From assembly GCF_046293665.1 (NCBI RefSeq), contig NZ_JBKBOL010000007.1:83950-147949 (forward strand): a stretch of DNA of 64,000 nucleotides. Reading direction: 5' to 3'. The stretch comes from Flavobacterium sp. GTDB lineage: Bacteria > Bacteroidota > Bacteroidia > Flavobacteriales > Flavobacteriaceae. Within the stretch, counting starts at the first letter, position 1. Every line of letters begins with the position of its first letter. Positions 1 through 9,184 of this stretch are shown one piece after another. The notes below the pieces were generated by a model, which worked only from the letters and a program-made list of their open reading frames with translations, ran no database searches and was not told the DNA's origin. The position numbers and the translations under genes were made by a program.

Positions 1-1
1 C

Positions 2-301
2 AGTTCGATGGGTGGCATTCAAGGCAGTATGAAATTCCCGGGATTGGCGGCTTACAGTTCGAGTAAAGGCGCGGTAATTACGCTTTCAGAATTGTTAGCC
101 GAAGAATACAAAGAACACGGCATTGCTTTTAATGTTTTGGCACTCGGAGCCGTGAATACCGAAATGTTGCAAGAAGCTTTTCCGGGTTACGAAGCCCCAA
201 TTTCTGCAGCAGAAATGGCTAATTACATCTTCAATTTTGCTCTAACCGGTAATAAATACCACAATGGTAAAGTGATTCAAGTGTCTTCTTCAACACCATA
301 A
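2..301 (+). CDS. SDR-family oxidoreductase, C-terminal fragment (5' end upstream of window)
   Basis: Frame is open from the window edge. It contains the catalytic YxxxK motif ('AAYSSSKGAV') and a typical SDR C-terminal region. Confidence 0.7.
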   Translation, partial: SSMGGIQGSMKFPGLAAYSSSKGAVITLSELLAEEYKEHGIAFNVLALGAVNTEMLQEAFPGYEAPISAAEMANYIFNFALTGNKYHNGKVIQVSSSTP

Positions 302-310
302 TTTTTTAAC

Positions 311-331
311 CTGAAACTTGAAACCTGAAAC
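311..331 (+). repeat. Heptamer array ctgaaac/ttgaaac/ctgaaac in the SDR|SprT spacer
   Basis: Three direct 7-mers end 3 nt before the TTG start at 335. Confidence 0.8.
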
Positions 332-334
332 ACT

Positions 335-937
335 TTGAGCGAAGTCCTTTCCAAATATTTACCCGAACACGCAGTGTCGTTTTGCTTTGAACTAATCAAA
401 AGCAACAATGTGCATTTGAAAATCGTCAACGAACGTCAAACCCGTCATGGAGATTATCGCCGCGCAGTAGGAGGAAAGCATGAAATCACGGTGAATGCCA
501 ATTTAAATAAGTATCGTTTTCTGATTACTTTGGTTCACGAAATTGCACATTTGGTGGCTTATGAAAAATTTGGGAGATTAATCAAACCGCATGGCAACGA
601 ATGGAAGCATACTTTTCAAAGATTGATGGTGCCGTTTATTCGACCTGAGATTTTTCCGCATTCGGTGTTGCCTTTGGTGGCCAATCATTTTAGAAATCCA
701 ACCGCAAGTAGCGACACTGATGCCCGATTGGCTTTCGCCCTAAAACAATTCGACGAAAGAAAGCCTGATATTCATTTTGTTCATGAAGTACCAAGCGGAA
801 GTTTATTCAGAATCAAAAACGGCAGAATTTTTCAAAAGAAAGGCTTACGGGTTAAGCGTTACGAATGTTTGGAAGTCAAAACCGGAAGATTGTATTTATT
901 CAACGCCAACGCTGAAGTTGAAATAATTCCTGGATAA
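335..937 (+). CDS. SprT-like zinc metallopeptidase domain protein
   Basis: 200 aa with the HExxH motif 'LVHEIAHLV'. The start is TTG per the ORF track, and there is no in-frame ATG near the N-terminus. Confidence 0.7.
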   Translation: MSEVLSKYLPEHAVSFCFELIKSNNVHLKIVNERQTRHGDYRRAVGGKHEITVNANLNKYRFLITLVHEIAHLVAYEKFGRLIKPHGNEWKHTFQRLMVPFIRPEIFPHSVLPLVANHFRNPTASSDTDARLAFALKQFDERKPDIHFVHEVPSGSLFRIKNGRIFQKKGLRVKRYECLEVKTGRLYLFNANAEVEIIPG

Positions 938-938
938 G

Positions 939-1397
939 ATGATAAAGAGAAAGCCTTATTTGTTGTTGTTTGTGGTTATTGTAACACTAATGATTGGTTA
1001 TTTTTTGACCGATGCAAAAGCTACTACAATCTTAAATTGTCATGACATTTATTTTGTAACATTAAAGAGGACTATATTCCTTTTTTTTATTTTGCTGTTC
1101 GGAATATGTTCTCTCATCTATCTTATTCTGGATATGCTAAAAGTTCAATTATGGAAGAAGAGCATTTGGATACATATTATAGGAATTATTCTGTCAACTG
1201 GTTTATTCTTTTTGATAGATTATCTTTCGGAAATTTATGAGTATAGGCAAAAAACAGTTGAAGATTTGATTAGTCCTCCGAATTATCAATTATATTTTGG
1301 TGTGTCAATTTTGATTTCAATTTCACTACAATTGTTTTTTTTAATAAATATCTTTGCATCCATAATCAAAAAACTCAGAACCTCGGATTCTCAGTAA
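939..1397 (+). CDS. Hypothetical integral membrane protein
   Basis: 152 aa with several long hydrophobic segments. It starts 1 nt after the SprT-like stop. Confidence 0.6.
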   Translation: MIKRKPYLLLFVVIVTLMIGYFLTDAKATTILNCHDIYFVTLKRTIFLFFILLFGICSLIYLILDMLKVQLWKKSIWIHIIGIILSTGLFFLIDYLSEIYEYRQKTVEDLISPPNYQLYFGVSILISISLQLFFLINIFASIIKKLRTSDSQ

Positions 1398-1412
1398 CTC
1401 AGTACCTTAAAA

Positions 1413-2474
1413 ATGAACAACAATTATTACGCAATATTAATGGCCGGTGGCGTTGGTTCCCGATTTTGGCCGGTAAGTACTACCGATTTTCCAAAGCAAT
1501 TTCATGATATGTTAGGTTCGGGCGACACTTTGATTCAAAAGACCTTTAGTCGTTTGGCTAAGTTGATTCCGGCAGAAAATATTTTCATTTTGACTAATGA
1601 ACGTTACAATGGTTTGGTTTTGGAACAATTGCCCATGGTGAAGCAAGAGCAAGTGTTATTAGAACCGGCAATGCGTAATACGGCGCCGTGCATTTTATAT
1701 GCTTCGCTAAAAATTCAAAAACTAAACCCAAATGCCGTAATGGTTGTCGCGCCAAGCGATCATTGGATAGAAGATGAAATAGAGTTTACCAATAATTTAC
1801 AACAGTGTTTTGATTTTTGCCAAAAAGAAAATGCTTTAATGACTTTAGGCATTCAACCGACTTTCCCCAATACAGGTTTTGGTTATATAGAGTTTGATGA
1901 AAAAGACTTAAATCCGATAAAAAAAGTCAGTCAGTTTAGAGAAAAACCCGATTATGAAACCGCCAAATCGTTTTTAGAAGCCGGAAATTTCCTTTGGAAC
2001 GGCGGTATTTTTATTTGGAGTGTGAAGTCGGTAACCGAAGCTTTTGAAAAATTCCAACCACAAATGAATGCTTTGTTCCAAAAAGGTTCAGACAGTTATA
2101 ATACTCCAAACGAAAAGCAATTTATCAACGACAATTACAGTAAAGCTGAGAATGTTTCAATCGATTATGCCGTAATGGAAAAAGCCGACAATGTTTATGT
2201 TTTGCCGGCCACTTTCGATTGGAACGATTTGGGAACTTGGGGTTCGCTTCATGAAAAACTCGATAAAGACGATCAAAACAATGCCGTCGTAAATGCGACA
2301 GTAATTTTGGAAAATGCTTCTAATAATATCATTCGTTCCGATGCTAAAAAGCTTGTTGTTATTGATGGTTTAGATGATTATATTATTGTTGATAATGAAA
2401 ATGTACTGATGATTTATCCGAAAAGTAAAGAACAAGACATCAAAAAAATCACAGCCAGGGCTAACGAATTATAG
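1413..2474 (+). CDS. Mannose-1-phosphate guanylyltransferase (transferase domain only)
   Basis: 353 aa with the N-terminal nucleotidyltransferase motif 'LMAGGVGSRFWPVS'. Length is typical of the GDP-mannose pyrophosphorylase family. Confidence 0.85.
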   Translation: MNNNYYAILMAGGVGSRFWPVSTTDFPKQFHDMLGSGDTLIQKTFSRLAKLIPAENIFILTNERYNGLVLEQLPMVKQEQVLLEPAMRNTAPCILYASLKIQKLNPNAVMVVAPSDHWIEDEIEFTNNLQQCFDFCQKENALMTLGIQPTFPNTGFGYIEFDEKDLNPIKKVSQFREKPDYETAKSFLEAGNFLWNGGIFIWSVKSVTEAFEKFQPQMNALFQKGSDSYNTPNEKQFINDNYSKAENVSIDYAVMEKADNVYVLPATFDWNDLGTWGSLHEKLDKDDQNNAVVNATVILENASNNIIRSDAKKLVVIDGLDDYIIVDNENVLMIYPKSKEQDIKKITARANEL

Positions 2475-2585
2475 ATGAAAAGACCTCAATACTCATCTAG
2501 AAGTGTTAAAAACTAAGAATTTACGTAACCGCAAAGTTTTTATTGTATCTTTCCATTTAGTTTTGTCAGAAAAAAATAGTGCTAA

Positions 2586-5500
2586 ATGAACGGTTTTAAA
2601 TTGAAGTTTACTTTTGTCTTTTTGCTTATTACACAGTTGACGTTTGGTCAATTATCCAATTTTACTCTAACAGTCACCAGAACCAATGAAACTTGTACAG
2701 CCAATGGAACGTTGACATTCAATGTTTCAGGAACGACAACAGGATCAACTATTTTGTATTCCATATATCGTTTGCCTAATGTTTCCACTCCGGTATCGAT
2801 TCAATCAACAAATAATTTGGCCGGGCTAATTGCCGGAACTTATAGGGTTATTGCCACTCAGTCTTTAGGCGGTGATAACGGAACGCAACAACAAGATATT
2901 GTTATAGAAGATTTGGTTGTTGACTTAACTTATCAAGTAAGTAGTGTTAGGGAAACTTGTGGAAATGATGGAACAATAAGCGTGAATGTTTTATCGGGTA
3001 CCGTCGCAACCAACGGATTGATTTACGAATTGTTTTCCGGGCCAATGATCAGACCGTTGCAAACCTCCAATGTCTTCAATAATTTAACAGCCGGTGAATA
3101 TCTGATTAGGGTTTTTGACAATTGCGGAGAAGGTGTTGTACAAACGTATAATTTGCAAAGTGCTGATACCGATTTAGTATTTGATTTATTTCCACCTAAT
3201 TTAGCCAGCTGCACAACGGTTAGAATAGGCGCCGGTTTTGAATCTGTTTTGCCTTATCCTCAAGGGGTTGTGAAATTTCCTTTGCAAATAGTGACTACGC
3301 TTATTCCGCCTTCAGGACCAGCCATAACATATACGCAGACGATTTCAAATGGTATCGAGTTTTCGCAAATAGTTCCTTTGTTTGCCAATCAAAATTACAG
3401 CTATACTTTCACAATAACCGATGGTTGCGGCACAGTTTACACGTTAAATGGCCAAATAGATGATTTATCAGTCGAAGCCAGTTACCAAGTTTTACCTGAA
3501 GATTGTACGCACCAACAAGTTACTTTCTTTAGGGTAACAGATGTGATTTTAGTTTCAGCACCATCGGGTTTTTCGACAACATTGCCACAGAGTTATACTG
3601 CTTCTATTGTCAACAATTCCGTTACAATTGGGGGGTTAATTGCCGGGACTTATGTTTTTAATACCATAGATACTTGTGGGAATCCACAAGAATTTACTAT
3701 CGAGGTTATAATATCTGAAGTAGCGCCACCATTTACTTTTTTATACAATGTAAATTGTCTTACAGGCTCAGTAATCATCAGCGGAATATTAGAATTGGTG
3801 ATGATTTCCGCACCACCAACTTATAACGTTCCTTTACCACATGACTATACAAGCTTGATAAATGATGCCAATTATGCCACATTTGAAAATATCCCGGTTG
3901 GAACTTATGTTTTTGAGGTGTTGGATTTGTGTAACCAACCACAGCCAGTAGTAGTAGTTATTGCGCCGGTTTCTGTAAATCCAATTCTAACTGTTGCTGA
4001 AGGATGTCAAGATGGTTTTGGTACGATTCGATTGACAGGACAATTTACTTCAATTTCAATGACTGCTGCTCCCACATCCTATGGTGTAAATTTGCCGTTA
4101 AATTTGATGGGAAATCTAATTTCCAATGGAACTACACTTGTTTTAGACATGTTGCCTGCCGGAAATTATGTCATTCAGTCGATGAATCTTTGCAATGTTC
4201 CATACACTACCAATATCACGATTTTGGGTCATCAGGATATTACTAATGTTACGGTTACACCAAATTGCGGCTCATTTAATCTTAATTTAAATAACACAAC
4301 AAATACTGATATAACAACCTCTTATTGGTTGCAAAAGTTAAACACTGCGACTAATGATTGGGGTCATCCTCTGACCAATGTAGTTTATGACAATGGGACG
4401 TACCCAAATAACATTAATTCTGTTTTATTAACGAATAATAGCATCAATTATAATTTAGCTTACCAAGGTCATTTTAGAATTTTAAAAGTATTCGAAAGTT
4501 TTGAGTTGAATAATCCGGATCCTGTGAATTGTTTTAAAACGATTTATGAATTTGATTTCAACGGATTACCGCGAATTAATGATGTTTATGCTGTTTCTTG
4601 TGGTGGCACTTTTGAAGTTATTGTAATGGCAGAAGGTTTTGCCCCATTGCAGTATAGGATAACTACCAGAAATGGTGCGTCATTTGTAGTTGAGAACGGC
4701 AACTCCAATATTTTTACAGGTTTACAACCTGCTACTTATAACTTTCAAGTGGAAGATGCGTGCGGGAATTTTTTAAATAGCGCTTTTGAGATTTTGAGTC
4801 CAAATCCACTAACCATTTCCGCTAATGAAATCAATTGTGACGGAGAGAATCTTACATTGTCGGCACCTAATTTTTCCTTTTTTCAGTACGAATGGTGGAA
4901 AGACAACAATACTACAAATATTCTCAGTACTACAAGTTCATTAAGTTTTGCGCCTTTTAATTCAGCTGTCAATAACGGAACTTATCATGTTAGAATAACT
5001 TATGCCAATAATCAGAATTCGTGTTTAAATCAAGTGCTAAGTTATACGGTGACGGTTACCAATGTTCCTCCGGATGCAGGAATCGGTGGTTCGTTTACCT
5101 ATTGTGGTCGTCAAGGCAGTATCGATTTGTTTACTCTTTTACAAGGCACATTTGATACCGATGGCATTTGGGATGAAATGACTTCAAGCGGTGCACTTAC
5201 TAACAATATTTGGGATTCGAGCAATGTCGCTTTTGGTAGTTACGAATTCAGATATCATGTAGATGGTAGTTGTAATTTCTTTGAAGAAGCTTTTATCAAT
5301 ATTACTATAAATGAAATCCCAACAATTCCGACAGCTAGTGCAGCTAGTGTCATTTGCGAAGGCGGAAATCTTCAACTATATGCAACCAATGTTCCAAATG
5401 CCAATTACCAATGGACCGGACCAAACGGATTTACTTCAACAGTACAAAATCCTATTTTCAATACTATTTCTCCAAGTATCAATGGAACCTATACGGTTAC

Positions 5501-6056
5501 AGCTTCCCAAAACAATTGTCAATCCGGAAGTTCAAGTGTGGATGTTATGGTGAATGCTTTGCCGGAATTCGAGTTAAATCAAAATTGTATTGAAGGCGAA
5601 TATGTAGTAACGGCAACACCGGTCAACAATTCATTCGATCCTTTGACCGCTAATTATACTTGGACAGGGCCAAACAGTTTTACGTCCGCTCAAAATCCGA
5701 TTGTCATTACTCGTGGTGAAATAGGTATTTATAATTTGACAGTAACAGATGGCAATGGTTGTTCGGTGGCTCAATCGATAAATGTGATAAGAACGATTTG
5801 CTTTATTCCGAATGTGATAACACCGAACGATGATTTTACTAATGACAGCTTTAATCTTGCCGGTTTTGAGGTAGACAGAATTGAAATCTACAACCGTTGG
5901 GGCCGAAAAGTATATGAGAAAAACAATTATATTGATGAATGGCATGGCCAAAACATGAAAGGAGAAAGACTGCCTGATTCGACCTATTATTATATTCTCA
6001 GTTTAAGAACCGGTGAAAATAAAGTCGGTTGGGTTTTTGTCAGCAACAATCAGTAA
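2586..6056 (+). CDS. Giant cell-surface adhesin-like protein with SprB-repeat-like modules and a T9SS type B C-terminal sorting domain
   Basis: 1156 aa with a signal peptide. Modules of the form 'C..(N/D)G(T/S)(I/L)..V.G' recur about every 90 aa. The C-terminus 'FIPNVITPNDDFTNDSFNL...IEIYNRWGRKVYE...YYYIL...GWVFV' matches the gliding-motility-associated CTD (type B). Confidence 0.85.
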   Translation: MNGFKLKFTFVFLLITQLTFGQLSNFTLTVTRTNETCTANGTLTFNVSGTTTGSTILYSIYRLPNVSTPVSIQSTNNLAGLIAGTYRVIATQSLGGDNGTQQQDIVIEDLVVDLTYQVSSVRETCGNDGTISVNVLSGTVATNGLIYELFSGPMIRPLQTSNVFNNLTAGEYLIRVFDNCGEGVVQTYNLQSADTDLVFDLFPPNLASCTTVRIGAGFESVLPYPQGVVKFPLQIVTTLIPPSGPAITYTQTISNGIEFSQIVPLFANQNYSYTFTITDGCGTVYTLNGQIDDLSVEASYQVLPEDCTHQQVTFFRVTDVILVSAPSGFSTTLPQSYTASIVNNSVTIGGLIAGTYVFNTIDTCGNPQEFTIEVIISEVAPPFTFLYNVNCLTGSVIISGILELVMISAPPTYNVPLPHDYTSLINDANYATFENIPVGTYVFEVLDLCNQPQPVVVVIAPVSVNPILTVAEGCQDGFGTIRLTGQFTSISMTAAPTSYGVNLPLNLMGNLISNGTTLVLDMLPAGNYVIQSMNLCNVPYTTNITILGHQDITNVTVTPNCGSFNLNLNNTTNTDITTSYWLQKLNTATNDWGHPLTNVVYDNGTYPNNINSVLLTNNSINYNLAYQGHFRILKVFESFELNNPDPVNCFKTIYEFDFNGLPRINDVYAVSCGGTFEVIVMAEGFAPLQYRITTRNGASFVVENGNSNIFTGLQPATYNFQVEDACGNFLNSAFEILSPNPLTISANEINCDGENLTLSAPNFSFFQYEWWKDNNTTNILSTTSSLSFAPFNSAVNNGTYHVRITYANNQNSCLNQVLSYTVTVTNVPPDAGIGGSFTYCGRQGSIDLFTLLQGTFDTDGIWDEMTSSGALTNNIWDSSNVAFGSYEFRYHVDGSCNFFEEAFINITINEIPTIPTASAASVICEGGNLQLYATNVPNANYQWTGPNGFTSTVQNPIFNTISPSINGTYTVTASQNNCQSGSSSVDVMVNALPEFELNQNCIEGEYVVTATPVNNSFDPLTANYTWTGPNSFTSAQNPIVITRGEIGIYNLTVTDGNGCSVAQSINVIRTICFIPNVITPNDDFTNDSFNLAGFEVDRIEIYNRWGRKVYEKNNYIDEWHGQNMKGERLPDSTYYYILSLRTGENKVGWVFVSNNQ

Positions 6057-6057
6057 G

Positions 6058-6825
6058 CTATAAATCGCCTTTGTTCTGCGCTTTTCTGATTTTTTTGAAA
6101 AGATTGGAAGAATACACAAAATCGGTTATCGCTTCGTTATCGGTTTTGAAGATTTCTTTCTTCGTTCCTTCCCAAGCTAGAACGCCTTCTTTGAGGAATA
6201 TGATTTTTTCGCCAATTTCCATTACGGAATTCATATCGTGCGTATTGATTACTGTGGTGATGTTATATTCTACCGTAATTTCATGAATCAAGTTGTCAAT
6301 GACAATCGCCGTTTTTGGGTCAAGTCCTGAGTTAGGTTCGTCACAAAAAAGATACTTCGGATTGTTGACAATCGCTCTGGCAATCGCTACCCGTTTTTGC
6401 ATTCCACCTGAAATTTCAGAAGGTTTTTTATGATTGGCATCGATTAGATTCACACGGTTGATTACAAAATTGACACGTTCTTTAATTTCGGCTGCCGACT
6501 TGTTGGTAAACATTTTCAAAGGGAAACCAACGTTTTCTTCTACAGTCATACTGTCAAAAAGCGCACTGCCTTGAAATACCATTCCGATTTCGGTGCGCAA
6601 AGCTCTTTTTTCATCCGGAGTCAAATCAGAATAAATTCTGCCGTCAAAAGCAATAGTTCCTTTGTCAGGTGTATGAATTCCTAATAAACTTTTGAGTAAA
6701 ACCGTTTTTCCCGAACCACTTTGGCCAATTATCAAATTGGTTTTTCCGGTCTCAAAAACGGTAGAAATCCCTTTTAAAACTTTGCTTTCGCCAAATGACT
6801 TTTCGATGTCTTTTACTTCTATCAT
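6058..6825 (-). CDS. ABC transporter ATP-binding protein, MlaF-like
   Basis: Walker A 'GQSGSGKT', signature 'ISGGMQKR', Walker B 'LFCDEP'. The true start is taken as MIEVKDIEK (ATG at 6825), and the longer ORF-track N-terminus overlaps the permease gene. Confidence 0.85.
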   Translation of the reverse strand: MIEVKDIEKSFGESKVLKGISTVFETGKTNLIIGQSGSGKTVLLKSLLGIHTPDKGTIAFDGRIYSDLTPDEKRALRTEIGMVFQGSALFDSMTVEENVGFPLKMFTNKSAAEIKERVNFVINRVNLIDANHKKPSEISGGMQKRVAIARAIVNNPKYLFCDEPNSGLDPKTAIVIDNLIHEITVEYNITTVINTHDMNSVMEIGEKIIFLKEGVLAWEGTKKEIFKTDNEAITDFVYSSNLFKKIRKAQNKGDL

Positions 6826-7571
6826 TAGGTTAAAAGTAATTGTGTTAATATATAATTGGCCAAAATAATAGTTACCGATGTCCAAACAAAGGAAACCGTA
6901 CTGGCCTTTCCAACTTCTAAAGCGCCACCTTTCATATAATAGCCGTGAAATGAAGGAATCGTGGCCAATAACATAGCAAAGACAAAGGTTTTGATAAAGG
7001 CATAGGCAATATGAAACGGAATAAATTCTTGTTGAATTCCGGTGACAAATTCGTTGCTTGAAGCAAATCCGCCATAAACACAAGCAATATAACCACCAAA
7101 AACTCCCAAAAACATCGAAATTCCAATGACAAAAGGATAGAGTAAGAGGGCAATGATTTTTGGGAAAACCAAATAGTTCAAAGAATTAACTCCCATAACT
7201 TCCAAAGCATCAATTTGCTCGGTAACACGCATCGTTCCTATACTTGACGTAATAAATGAACCCATTTTCCCCGCCATGATAATTGAAATAAAGGTTGGCG
7301 CAAACTCTAAAATTACTGATTGTCTCGTTGCAAAACCGATGAGGTATTTCGGAATCAAAGGATTGGTTAAGTTTAATGCTGTTTGAATAGCCACTACACC
7401 GCCTACGAAGAAGGAAATAAAGCAAACAATTCCAAGCGAATCAATGATTAAATCATCAATTTCCTTGAAAATCAATTGCCTCATGGCCGACCATTTTGTG
7501 GGTTTGTTAAATACTTCTTTTAACATCAAGAAATATTTTCCTATTTGAGATAAATAGCGAACGAGCATCAT
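6825..7571 (-). CDS. ABC transporter permease, MlaE-like
   Basis: 248 aa polytopic membrane protein of MlaE/YrbE type. Its stop overlaps the ATG of the downstream ATPase by 1 nt (TAATG). Confidence 0.8.
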   Translation of the reverse strand: MMLVRYLSQIGKYFLMLKEVFNKPTKWSAMRQLIFKEIDDLIIDSLGIVCFISFFVGGVVAIQTALNLTNPLIPKYLIGFATRQSVILEFAPTFISIIMAGKMGSFITSSIGTMRVTEQIDALEVMGVNSLNYLVFPKIIALLLYPFVIGISMFLGVFGGYIACVYGGFASSNEFVTGIQQEFIPFHIAYAFIKTFVFAMLLATIPSFHGYYMKGGALEVGKASTVSFVWTSVTIILANYILTQLLLT

Positions 7572-7686
7572 AGGCTTAAAATAATGTCAAAAATAGTGAT
7601 AATAATGTGAAAATATACCAATTAATGAATGTAACAATTTTTGAAATGCATTAATACCATTGTTATATTACTACATTATTTAATTG

Positions 7687-8538
7687 TTACATTAATTTTT
7701 CTTTCATTTTCTTCCAACGGTAATTGCGGATGAATTGCGCTTGTTCTCTGGTGACTAATAATGGTTTTTTGGCTGATTTGGCTTTCCAAAATCCTTTGAT
7801 ATAATCAATAAAGAGTAGCAGTTTTCCTTTTCGCATCGCCAGTTTTAAAGAAGCAATGGCTGTGATGAAAAATCCGTAACCCAAAGAATAAAATGCTTCG
7901 CCTTGTTTGTAACGCGCTGTTTTGTTATAGTTCGCGCCGGTTGGTTTGAGGTGTTTGACTTTTAAAGATTCATCGGTAACGACTTTCCAGTTGTAAAATT
8001 TACAAAGGAGTTCGTCCACCGTGTCCCAACCCATAGCCGGTTTCAAACCGCCAATTTGTTCGAAAGTAGCTTTTCGATACGCTTTGAAAGCACCGCGGAT
8101 GTGGTCTTTATCAGTCAGGTTTTCCAAAATCCAGTCGCCGTTTTTCTCGATATAAGCAAAGCCGCCAACCATTCCGATTTGGTCATCCGATTGGAAATGT
8201 TTGATTATCGTTTCAAAATAATTCGGAGGAAAAATCAAATCGGCATCGGCTTTCACAATGATGTCATAGTCTTGATTAATAAAATTCAGCCCAAAATTAA
8301 AAGCATTGATTACTTTGCTTCCGGGTAAATGTTTAGCATCTGATTTAACGAAAACACTCGAAAAAAGTCCCGGATATTCAAAACAAAAAGAGTCAATGAT
8401 TGTCTTAGAGTTATCAGTTGAATTATCATTTATAACCATTACATTTTTGGGCAAAACGGTTTGTTCCAACAAGGATTGTAATGTTAAGCCAATGAATGCT
8501 TCTTCATTATGAGCCGGGATGATTATTTGATAATTCAT
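7687..8538 (-). CDS. Family 2 glycosyltransferase
   Basis: N-terminus 'IIIPAHNEEAFIGLTLQSLLEQT...VINDNSTDNS' and a 'DAD' motif. The start is set at the internal ATG (8538) because the ORF-track extension overlaps the upstream gene. Confidence 0.8.
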   Translation of the reverse strand: MNYQIIIPAHNEEAFIGLTLQSLLEQTVLPKNVMVINDNSTDNSKTIIDSFCFEYPGLFSSVFVKSDAKHLPGSKVINAFNFGLNFINQDYDIIVKADADLIFPPNYFETIIKHFQSDDQIGMVGGFAYIEKNGDWILENLTDKDHIRGAFKAYRKATFEQIGGLKPAMGWDTVDELLCKFYNWKVVTDESLKVKHLKPTGANYNKTARYKQGEAFYSLGYGFFITAIASLKLAMRKGKLLLFIDYIKGFWKAKSAKKPLLVTREQAQFIRNYRWKKMKEKLM

Positions 8539-8561
8539 GTTTGTTTTTATGAGACTGAAAA

Positions 8562-9083
8562 CTATTTTCGCTCTGCGTAAACCATATAATATCTCGGCGT
8601 GAAATACCTCAATAACGGTCGGAAACCTAATTTTTTTACAGGATGCGTAAACTTCACTCGGTCTACAATTTTCCAGCCGGTTTTTTCTAATAACCAATCG
8701 AGTTGCCAATCTTCAAATTCGTGGTAATGTCTGTCCCACATATCGGTTTTGCTTCGGTAAGCAGGAGAAAACCACAAACGCAGCGGAATAGAGATTAAAA
8801 TTTTATCGGCTTTTACGTTTTCTAAAACGGTATACGGATTGAGCAAATGTTCGAAAATTTCAAACGCGGTAAACACTTGGTAGTTTTCGCTTTGCAAAGC
8901 TTTTTGGTCATTGTCTACGTCTTCACCTTTGGTATTGATAACAGTATAACCATTGTCTTCCATGATTTTGGAAAATGGGTTGGGTACGCCTAAATCCAAA
9001 ATAGTTTCAGAAGTAGCAATGTGTTTTTTTAAAAACTGAAGGGTAATGTTAAAGCGTTTACTCGGATAGGTCTTCTCGTACAT
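8562..9083 (-). CDS. Small putative SAM-dependent methyltransferase
   Basis: 173 aa with a weak motif I-like 'ILDLGVPNP' and a Rossmann-like layout. The assignment is tentative. Confidence 0.45.
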   Translation of the reverse strand: MYEKTYPSKRFNITLQFLKKHIATSETILDLGVPNPFSKIMEDNGYTVINTKGEDVDNDQKALQSENYQVFTAFEIFEHLLNPYTVLENVKADKILISIPLRLWFSPAYRSKTDMWDRHYHEFEDWQLDWLLEKTGWKIVDRVKFTHPVKKLGFRPLLRYFTPRYYMVYAERK

Positions 9084-9090
9084 GTAAAAT

Positions 9091-9169
9091 GGTTTCAGGT
9101 TTCAAGTTGAAAAAAATTGTCTGTAAAATTAGTAATATAACCTGAAACTTTGAACTTTAAACTAGAAAC
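9091..9169. repeat. Inverted GAAAC-word repeats (gtttcag gtttcaag ... cctgaaac tttgaac tttaaac tagaaac)
   Basis: Lies in the spacer between the KAS III stop (9185) and the methyltransferase start (9083). 9092-9099 is the exact reverse complement of 9141-9148. Confidence 0.7.
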
Positions 9170-9184
9170 AAAAACTTTTTATGT

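Noticed and set aside
3023-5951. Alternative-frame and antisense ORFs inside the 1156-aa gene (3023-3214, 4004-4246, 5184-5375, 5311-5593, 5631-5951)
   Set aside because: They are short, lie within a long well-supported CDS, and have odd Cys/Trp/Phe-rich composition with no motifs.
6826-7083. N-terminal 86-codon extension of the MlaF-like ORF in the ORF track
   Set aside because: The extension overlaps the 3' end of the MlaE-like gene in another frame and is Cys/Arg-rich nonsense. The canonical ABC N-terminus MIEVKDIEKSF begins at the ATG at 6825, which overlaps the permease stop.
8539-8709. N-terminal extension of the GT2 ORF
   Set aside because: It overlaps the upstream methyltransferase-like gene. 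GT2 enzymes typically begin a few residues before 'IIIPAHNEE', which fits the ATG at 8538.
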